Part shown: one piece after another, positions 57,557 through 64,000 of the stretch | Numbering within the stretch: position 1 is the stretch's first letter | How the letters are laid out: each line of letters opens with the position of its first letter | Assembly: GCA_963707865.1 (NCBI GenBank) | Contig: OY970175.1 | Coordinates: forward strand, 300,352-364,351 | DNA from: an uncultured bacterium | GTDB taxonomy: Bacteria; Patescibacteriota; Minisyncoccia; UBA6257; 2-01-FULL-56-20 | DNA length: 64,000 nucleotides | Direction: 5' to 3' | Program-made: the position numbers and the translations under genes | The notes under the pieces: generated by a model | Seen by the model: only the letters and a program-made list of their open reading frames with translations | Database searches by the model: none | What the model was told of the DNA's origin: nothing

Positions 57557-57592
57557 GTTCAAAAAATCCGCACTGATGCGGATTTTTTGAAC
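57557..57592. terminator. Bidirectional intrinsic terminator
   Basis: Perfect 16-bp stem GTTCAAAAAATCCGCA-CTGA-TGCGGATTTTTTGAAC. Confidence 0.8.
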
Positions 57593-57618
57593 GAGAACTT
57601 TGCCCATTGCCGAACCTA

Positions 57619-58056
57619 TTACTGGCCCGACGGAGCGCCGCCGCCCCCGCCACCGCCGAAGCCGGGCGCGCCGGGCCCACGCACCTGGATGGTCTGTGCC
57701 GTCACGCTCCCATCGGGATTCTGCGTTCCTCCAATCATCACGCTTGTCCCTGGCGTAAGATCACTAACCGACGCCGACGACGGTTTGATGACCGACGTGG
57801 AACTCGAGTAGAATACTATTTCTGAATTGCCATTCGGAAGCTGCACGGTCAAGCTCTGCGCGTCTTTTGAGGTGACTTGCCCCGTCACGAACCCGCCACC
57901 GCTCCCCGCGCGACCGGTCCCATTGCGCGTTGAGCTCGCAAAGGCGCCACGCCCCGCAAACGAAGGGGAAGCTGTTGCCTTTCCGTAATACAGGCCGCCC
58001 ACGAACGCGACGATCGCGACCACGATCCAGACAATGTGTACAATATATTTTTTCAT
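57619..58056 (-). CDS. DUF5666-like OB-fold membrane-anchored protein
   Basis: TM, G.V..KD..SLTV.L..G.S.IV..S.ST.V........DL..G..V.I.G..N.DGSVTA..IQ. Confidence 0.7.
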   Translation of the reverse strand: MKKYIVHIVWIVVAIVAFVGGLYYGKATASPSFAGRGAFASSTRNGTGRAGSGGGFVTGQVTSKDAQSLTVQLPNGNSEIVFYSSSTSVIKPSSASVSDLTPGTSVMIGGTQNPDGSVTAQTIQVRGPGAPGFGGGGGGGAPSGQ

Positions 58057-58098
58057 CAGTTTTTAATAATTATTATTGAACGACCTTTTGCCGTGTTC

Positions 58099-59340
58099 CT
58101 ATTCGTATCGCAACGCTTCAATAGGACTCAATCCTGCCGCGCGACGCGCGGGATAATAGCCAAAAACGATGCCGATGGCAGCAGAAACGCCGAATGCAAG
58201 GATGATAGAGCTCAACGACACGCTGGTCGCGATGGAAGTGAAATGCGTAACCAAGAATGCGATCAGCCATCCAAGAATGATCCCTATTGCCCCACCGACA
58301 AAGGTCAACATGACGGATTCGGCGAGGAACTGGAGTGTAATATCCTTCCGCTTTGCGCCGATCGCCTTGCGAAGGCCGATCTCGCGCGTACGCTCCGTGA
58401 CCGTCGTGAGCATCATGTTCATGATGCCGATACCGCCGACGAGGAGCGAGATGCCCGCAATCGCAGCAAGAAGCGTGGTAAAGGTGCCCGTGACAGACGA
58501 CGCCGCCGCCACGATGTCTGCCTGGTTCAGCACATTAAAATCTGCTAGCGTCGGATCGGAAATATTGTGCCGCTCCAAGAGCAAATTTGTAATATCGTTC
58601 TGCACCTGTGTCATAGACAATTGGTCAACCGCTTCCACGTCTATTTCGGTCACATACGAAGTGCTTCCCAAGAGAAAATGCTGTGCGGTCGTGAGCGGTA
58701 CATAAATCATATTGTCCTGGTTATTGAACCCACTGCCGCCTTTTGAAACCGTGACGCCCACCACCTTGAAATCAATGTTTTTGATGCGGATGGTCTGGCC
58801 AATCGCCATGTCGGGCGTTGCGGTGGCGTTCGCACTGCCAAAGAGATCCTGGAGTACCGTGGGACCAAGCACTGCCACGCGGTTTGAAGCGCTCACATCC
58901 ACATCGGTGATGAACACACCCTGGGCTACTTGGATATTCCGCACCTGCGTATATGCGGGAACGGCGCCAAGGACGCTCGTATTGGTGTTCGTACCTCTGT
59001 AGAGCGCCTGATACCGCCCACTCACTTCGGGCGAAACCGCTGCGACGCCCGAAAGCTGTCCGATAGTGGTTGCATCGTCCGGCGTAAGCGTCTCCGCGCT
59101 CCCCCGCCCCGCACTCACCGTGGACCCAATGGACCGCTGCGTGCCGGGCATGACAAGCAGCAAATTGGAACCGATAGATTGGATGCTTGATTGGATGGAG
59201 CTCTGCGCTCCCTGTCCGATTGCCTGCAAGGCGATCACGGACGCAATGCCGATCACGATGCCGAGCATCGTAAGCCCCGATCGCACTTTGTTTACGGTCA
59301 CGGCGCTATAGGTTTCTTCAAAGAGGTCTTGAGTGGTCAT
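58099..59340 (-). CDS. MacB-type ABC transporter permease
   Basis: RS.LTMLGIVIGI.SVI, ISLLVGGIGIMNMML..VTERTREIGLRKAIGA, PIEALRYE. Confidence 0.94.
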   Translation of the reverse strand: MTTQDLFEETYSAVTVNKVRSGLTMLGIVIGIASVIALQAIGQGAQSSIQSSIQSIGSNLLLVMPGTQRSIGSTVSAGRGSAETLTPDDATTIGQLSGVAAVSPEVSGRYQALYRGTNTNTSVLGAVPAYTQVRNIQVAQGVFITDVDVSASNRVAVLGPTVLQDLFGSANATATPDMAIGQTIRIKNIDFKVVGVTVSKGGSGFNNQDNMIYVPLTTAQHFLLGSTSYVTEIDVEAVDQLSMTQVQNDITNLLLERHNISDPTLADFNVLNQADIVAAASSVTGTFTTLLAAIAGISLLVGGIGIMNMMLTTVTERTREIGLRKAIGAKRKDITLQFLAESVMLTFVGGAIGIILGWLIAFLVTHFTSIATSVSLSSIILAFGVSAAIGIVFGYYPARRAAGLSPIEALRYE

Positions 59341-59347
59341 GGCATTG

Positions 59348-60079
59348 TTATTGCAATTCTTTTTCGTGTCGCGCGATAACTTTATGATGATTTTTTTCGT
59401 CGCTTAAAATATTTCCGTCGCGGATATGGATAATCCGGTCCGAATGCTTCGCAATCTCTTCTTCGTGCGTGATCAAGACAATGGTCTTGCCGTGCTGCGT
59501 ATTGAGCGTCTGGAACGTGTACAGTACCATCTCACCGGTTTTGGAATCCAAGTTGCCCGTCGGCTCGTCGGCGAGGATGAGCGCCGGATTGTTCACGAGC
59601 GACCGTGCAACCGCCACGCGCTGCATCATGCCGCCACTGAGCTGGTTCGAATGATACTGCCAAAATTCCTCGGGAAACGCCGAATCGCGGAGTGCTTGTG
59701 CAGCAATCGTTTCCCGTTTTTCCTTGGCAACCCCTTCGTAAATCAGCGGCAGAGAAACGTTGCGCAACACGGTCGTCCTCGGCAAAAGATTGAACGCCTG
59801 GAACACGAACCCTATCTTTTCGCGGCGGATGTCAGCGAGTTCATCATCCGAAAGCTTCGCGATATCTTTGCCGTCTAGAAAGTACTGTCCGCCGGTCGGC
59901 GCGTCCAGCGCACCCAAAATGTGCATAAGCGTTGACTTCCCCGATCCCGACGGTCCCATGATGGCGACAAACTCCCCCTCTCCGATGGAAAACGTAATGC
60001 CTTTCAGAACTTCAGTATCTATGCCACCGGTATGATAGGTCTTCCTGATATCTTTGCATTCAATGATGGTGTCCTTCAT
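59348..60079 (-). CDS. MacB/LolD-type ABC ATP-binding protein
   Basis: GPSGSGKST, LSGG..QRVA, ADEPTGNLD. Confidence 0.95.
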   Translation of the reverse strand: MKDTIIECKDIRKTYHTGGIDTEVLKGITFSIGEGEFVAIMGPSGSGKSTLMHILGALDAPTGGQYFLDGKDIAKLSDDELADIRREKIGFVFQAFNLLPRTTVLRNVSLPLIYEGVAKEKRETIAAQALRDSAFPEEFWQYHSNQLSGGMMQRVAVARSLVNNPALILADEPTGNLDSKTGEMVLYTFQTLNTQHGKTIVLITHEEEIAKHSDRIIHIRDGNILSDEKNHHKVIARHEKELQ

Positions 60080-61935
60080 CTTCCGGTAGTGCCGCCAGCC
60101 GCACCGCCGCCGGTCGTAATGCGGGCACCACCACTGCCGAAACCACCGCCACCGCCAAGAAGGCCGCCGCCAAGGCTACGCAATGCGCTTGTGCCGCCGG
60201 TGGATACCGCCGTAGAAGCGCTGCTTTGTATAGTCTGTACGATAATCTGGTCACCCTCGTTCACACCGGAAGTGATCTCCGTGAGCGTATCGTCGGAAAG
60301 CCCGGTTGTGACCGGCACACGCTTCACCGCGGAGAGTTCAACGCCCCCCGACGCACTCGCCGCAAGCGTTGAAGTGGAAACCGGCGTCGCGGGCTCCGTC
60401 ACATAGCTCGTACTCCCCTGCGTCGTGACCGCCGCATTCGGCACCGCAATGACGTTCTGATGCACCTGTGTCACGATGTCCGCCGTCACACTCATCCCAG
60501 GTCTCACCTGAGTTGTCCCCGATGCCTCTTCAAACGCGACCTGTACATTATAGTTCACGACGCCCTGACTCACCGTTCCCACTGTATCTATTTCCGATAC
60601 CGTGCCCGCAAGCGAAAGGTCGGGAAGCGCGTCGAAGGTAAGCGTCGCTTTGTTGCCGATCGCCACCTTCGCCGCATCCACTTCGTTCAGGGTCACCTCG
60701 GCAAGCTCCCCTTGTGTCACCATGCTGACGGCGGGCGACGGCACGGTTGTCCCCACGACAGAAGACTCTGCCGAGATCACCCCGCCGATCGGCGCGCGGA
60801 CGGAACAATATGCGAGGTTCTGCTCCGCAGTCGCAAGCGAATTTTGCGCGCTCTGGATGCTGATCTGCTGGGAAAGAAGGTTAAGCTGCGTCGGGCCCGC
60901 GACCAATTCCGCAAGCGTCTCGCTCGCCTGCGCAAGCGAAAGCTGGTTGTTCTCAAAAGTATCCTTGTCGTTCGCAATGCCGTTCACAACATTCTGCACG
61001 CTTGAGACGTTGTTGTTGACCGTGGTAATTTCGCTGCCGAAGGTCGTCTGGAATGTGGTCGTGATCGTGGGAAGCGGGGCAAGCCGGCTGTCCTTCGGAT
61101 AATTGTTCACCACGTAGTTCAGGAGATCATTGATCGTCTTCACGCTCGCGCTCACGAGCTGTGTCGTGTTGTAGGTCTCCGAAAACAGCGCGTCAAGCGT
61201 GGTGCGATCCGAATTCCGCGTGGCGGCGTGGTAGTCGGCCAGGTTCTGCTGGTACGCGGCGAGAGCGGCGTTGTAGCTCGGCGCGACCGTATTGCTGTAC
61301 AACTGCGTACTCGGCTGAAGATTGGATGGCATGATACTTACGTACGCGTCGGGATTTTGCTGGCTCTTATTGATATTGTTCCCGTTCACGAAGTTGCCCG
61401 TATCCGTCATAATGCTCTGAAGATTTACAAATACGGACGAGAGTGTGTCAAAGCCGTTCTCATAATCCGAAACAAGCGTTGTAGAGGAATCAAGAACGCT
61501 TTGCTGCCCTTTTATCACTGAACTCTGGTCCTGGAGCAGGGTGGTCGTGGAGATCTGCTGCAGCTGCGCGAGGGAAAGCTGGGCCGACTGGAGCGATAAT
61601 TGCGCTTGGTTCACCGCCTTTTGTTCGTTCGTCGTATCCAGCTGCACGAGGAGCTGCCCCGCCGCCACATGGTCGCCTACTTTGACATACACCTTCGTCA
61701 CGTTTTCGGAAACCTGCGGCTTAATGTCTATGGACGTCACTGCCTGAACCTGCCCACTTCCCGTGACCGAAGCAACGACCGTTCCAGGGGCCGCATTCTC
61801 TATTACATACTTGGTCACGGTCACCGTACCCCGTGAGGAAGAATACCAATAATAACCGCCGCCAACCACAAGAATCACCACGATGGCGGAGATCACCTTA
61901 TGCGCATATATGCGTTCTCGTAATTTCTTGAACAT
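60076..61935 (-). CDS. MacA/HlyD-like adaptor subunit with long coiled coil
   Basis: V.VGD.V..GQ.L..LD, RAPI.GVI, NEVDAA.V..G..A.LTFDA, EITSG..EGD. Confidence 0.87.
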   Translation of the reverse strand: MFKKLRERIYAHKVISAIVVILVVGGGYYWYSSSRGTVTVTKYVIENAAPGTVVASVTGSGQVQAVTSIDIKPQVSENVTKVYVKVGDHVAAGQLLVQLDTTNEQKAVNQAQLSLQSAQLSLAQLQQISTTTLLQDQSSVIKGQQSVLDSSTTLVSDYENGFDTLSSVFVNLQSIMTDTGNFVNGNNINKSQQNPDAYVSIMPSNLQPSTQLYSNTVAPSYNAALAAYQQNLADYHAATRNSDRTTLDALFSETYNTTQLVSASVKTINDLLNYVVNNYPKDSRLAPLPTITTTFQTTFGSEITTVNNNVSSVQNVVNGIANDKDTFENNQLSLAQASETLAELVAGPTQLNLLSQQISIQSAQNSLATAEQNLAYCSVRAPIGGVISAESSVVGTTVPSPAVSMVTQGELAEVTLNEVDAAKVAIGNKATLTFDALPDLSLAGTVSEIDTVGTVSQGVVNYNVQVAFEEASGTTQVRPGMSVTADIVTQVHQNVIAVPNAAVTTQGSTSYVTEPATPVSTSTLAASASGGVELSAVKRVPVTTGLSDDTLTEITSGVNEGDQIIVQTIQSSASTAVSTGGTSALRSLGGGLLGGGGGFGSGGARITTGGGAAGGTTGR

Positions 61936-61944
61936 GAAACGTGG

Positions 61945-62436
61945 TTAGTTTAGCTGCAGCTGCGATTGTGGCTGCCCATCGGGCGACTGGGGCGGCGGCG
62001 GCACGGGGAGAGAAGACGATGACGCAAAGACGCGGACTAATTGAGCTTCAATTTGTCCGTTTTCGTTCGGCGCGCCGATCACGACCACGCCGTTACCCAC
62101 GCGCACGTCGGACAGCGCAATGGTACGATTGGCTTCCCGAATCACCGTAGCAGGCACGATCAAGACCGAAGATTCATCACCGTCGGCATCCCGTACCGAG
62201 AGCGTAGAGCTTGCCATATCAATCACCTCTCCCGCCACCCCGTGCCCATTCGCCATGCGCCCCGGTGGAAATTCGCCAAAAAAATTGTGGTAGTAATTTT
62301 CGCCGAACCTGCCAACATAGAAGGCCCCGTGATATCCTACGAGTACGCCCGCTCCGAACACGAGGAGTATTACAATGGCCGCTCCTAATATCCAAAGGAT
62401 TGCCCGCGTCTTTGAAGATTGCAAAAGGTCTTTCAT
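61945..62436 (-). CDS. Hypothetical DUF5666-like membrane-anchored protein
   Basis: TM then G.VI........V.D.DG.E..V......T.I..........VG..VVVIG.PN.NGQIEA. Confidence 0.65.
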   Translation of the reverse strand: MKDLLQSSKTRAILWILGAAIVILLVFGAGVLVGYHGAFYVGRFGENYYHNFFGEFPPGRMANGHGVAGEVIDMASSTLSVRDADGDESSVLIVPATVIREANRTIALSDVRVGNGVVVIGAPNENGQIEAQLVRVFASSSSLPVPPPPQSPDGQPQSQLQLN

Positions 62437-62456
62437 ACTTTTTCAGGTTTGTTCCG

Positions 62457-62885
62457 TTACGACAGCATGGAAAACATGTGCCGCCCTTGCATAGACGCCA
62501 TCTCGTCTATAAAGCGCGCTGCCGACCATACGGCGACAAAAATCCCGGAGAGGAGGACCGCGGCGGAAAACACCGGAAACGACTCCACGGCGGAAAGCAC
62601 AAAGTCGGAGAAGCTTGTAATCACCGTGGAGGAATCGGAGAACAAAAGCGAGGCGAACATCACGAACCCCGACCGTGATGCCTCTTGCACCACATCCACC
62701 GACCCATATACGATGAGCGCAACGGAAGCCGCAAGCAGCGCGCCGGATGCAATGGTTTTTATCATTAGGTGCCGGCGCTCTTCTTTCTCAATTTGAAGCA
62801 AAATCCGCCGCGCCAAGTCGGCGTGGGGCACAACCGCTCCTCCTTCAATGCGTGAAAAAATCTTCTTCATCTGCTCATCACCCAT
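62457..62885 (-). CDS. Putative membrane anti-sigma factor
   Basis: Directly downstream of an ECF sigma; P...L..RI...I N-terminus plus TM helices. Confidence 0.5.
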   Translation of the reverse strand: MGDEQMKKIFSRIEGGAVVPHADLARRILLQIEKEERRHLMIKTIASGALLAASVALIVYGSVDVVQEASRSGFVMFASLLFSDSSTVITSFSDFVLSAVESFPVFSAAVLLSGIFVAVWSAARFIDEMASMQGRHMFSMLS

Positions 62886-62929
62886 GGTTATTGTTACGAA
62901 ACAACGGCTCTTTTTGGTGCGTATTGCCT

Positions 62930-63520
62930 CTAGGCGAAACTTGACCCACTAGCGGTAGCGTCTCCCGAGATCACCCGCCGGAGAAGTATGATCCCCCGCC
63001 GGTGTTTGCTTTTTACGGTATCAATGGGTTCCCCCAGCGCTTCCGCGATCTCACGAAACTTAAGGTGATCGTGGTAGCGCATGGCAAGCACCGCCCGGTA
63101 CCCGGGCGGGAGAGCCCCCAGGGCGCGTTCAATATCCGCCGCTACCATCTTGCGTTGAAGCAAGGCGTCGGGAAGCTCCTGCGCGCCGACATACGGAGCT
63201 AAGAGCACGTCAAGCTGGTCATCATCCTCGTTGATCTGCGAGAACAAAAGCGGTTTCTTCTTTTTGATAAGGTCGAGCGCGGCATTCTTTGCGATCGTAA
63301 AAAGCCATGTCTTGAAATTCCTTGTCGTATCAAACCGTTTGAGATTTTTCCACGCGCGCACGAATGTTTCCTGCGTTATATCCTCGGCATCCTCGCCGTG
63401 GCGGAGGTAACGGTAGGCAAACCTATACACCCCGTTCATATGGCGCGCGAGCAATGCGGGGAACGCATCCTTATCCCCGGCGAGAACCGCACGCACAAGC
63501 TCCGCATCTGTTTGCTCCAT
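62930..63520 (-). CDS. ECF RNA polymerase sigma factor
   Basis: D.ELV.....GD..AF..L, AEDI.QETF, F.TWLF.IA.N...D, EIAE.LG.P..TVKS. Confidence 0.94.
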   Translation of the reverse strand: MEQTDAELVRAVLAGDKDAFPALLARHMNGVYRFAYRYLRHGEDAEDITQETFVRAWKNLKRFDTTRNFKTWLFTIAKNAALDLIKKKKPLLFSQINEDDDQLDVLLAPYVGAQELPDALLQRKMVAADIERALGALPPGYRAVLAMRYHDHLKFREIAEALGEPIDTVKSKHRRGIILLRRVISGDATASGSSFA

Positions 63521-63544
63521 AGTAATAGTATTGGTATCCTGTTC

Positions 63545-63991
63545 CTATTTCTGACTCGCATAAAGCCCGATAAGCTCCGTCTCCGCAAGAAGATGCTTGC
63601 TTATTTCTACTTCAAGTTCCGCCTTGCCGGAAGTATTTGCAAGATCAAGCAGCGCATCCAGCGCGTAAAGATGAAACTCGTAATGGTGCGTTCCCGACGG
63701 CGGGCAGGGACCGACATACCCCGTGCGGTCGGCGTCGTTCCTCCCCTCCACGCTCCCGGGGGGTACGCCGTTCTCCGCAAAGGTCGTCGTCGTAGGAGCA
63801 ATATTCCACACAATCCAATGCATGAACCCACCCGCGACCGGCGCATCCGGGTCGTGCAGGATAAGCGCCAAACTTTTCGCGTCCGCCGGCACCCCTTCAA
63901 TCCGCAACTCCGGACTCGTGCCGCTCCCGTCGCACGTGAACTTCGCGGGAATCATCCCGCCGTTTTTAAATGATGGACTGACAATAGTCAT
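63545..63991 (-). CDS. YbhB/YbcL (PEBP) family protein; true start may lie outside the window
   Basis: IP.KFTCDG...SP.L, DPDAP...F.HW.VWNI, Y.GPCPP.G.H.Y.F.LYALD. Confidence 0.92.
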   Translation of the reverse strand: MTIVSPSFKNGGMIPAKFTCDGSGTSPELRIEGVPADAKSLALILHDPDAPVAGGFMHWIVWNIAPTTTTFAENGVPPGSVEGRNDADRTGYVGPCPPSGTHHYEFHLYALDALLDLANTSGKAELEVEISKHLLAETELIGLYASQK

Positions 63992-64000
63992 GGTGATCTT

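Noticed and set aside
1-64000. Alternative genetic code (TGA as Gly, code 25)
   Set aside because: Conserved genes are full length in code 11 and several end at TGA with ATGA overlaps

Overview
A 64-kb chromosomal window that looks like a Patescibacteria (CPR, Parcubacteria-like) genome using standard code 11. The taxonomy is inferred from gene content and order (ftsW-murG, gltX, murC, typA, rpmA/rplI, ctpA, thpR, def-fmt), a Cys-rich CPR-type protein and many apparently leaderless promoters. The left third is housekeeping DNA with small insertions: a freestanding LAGLIDADG gene, two palindromic MITE-like elements, and a four-helix-bundle gene bracketed by heptamer-repeat inverted repeats. 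The middle (21.6-38 kb) is a cell-surface island with cohesin/dockerin proteins and a WxL-like set of small subunit, large adhesin and membrane anchor. Two of its genes are split by IS elements whose removal restores the reading frame. At 39.2-42.4 kb a cobalamin riboswitch leads a three-gene operon: a transcobalamin-like surface protein, a DUF4430 protein and an S-component-like membrane protein. An AT-rich islet at 42.5-44.6 kb holds a putative nuclease gene with a convergent, independently promoted ~90-nt structured RNA, plus a HicB/truncated HicA pair. The right end has an IS481, efflux clusters (EmrAB-like, MacAB-like), MarR, Trx/DsbB and an ECF sigma factor. All calls were made by eye from sequence; no database searches were run.
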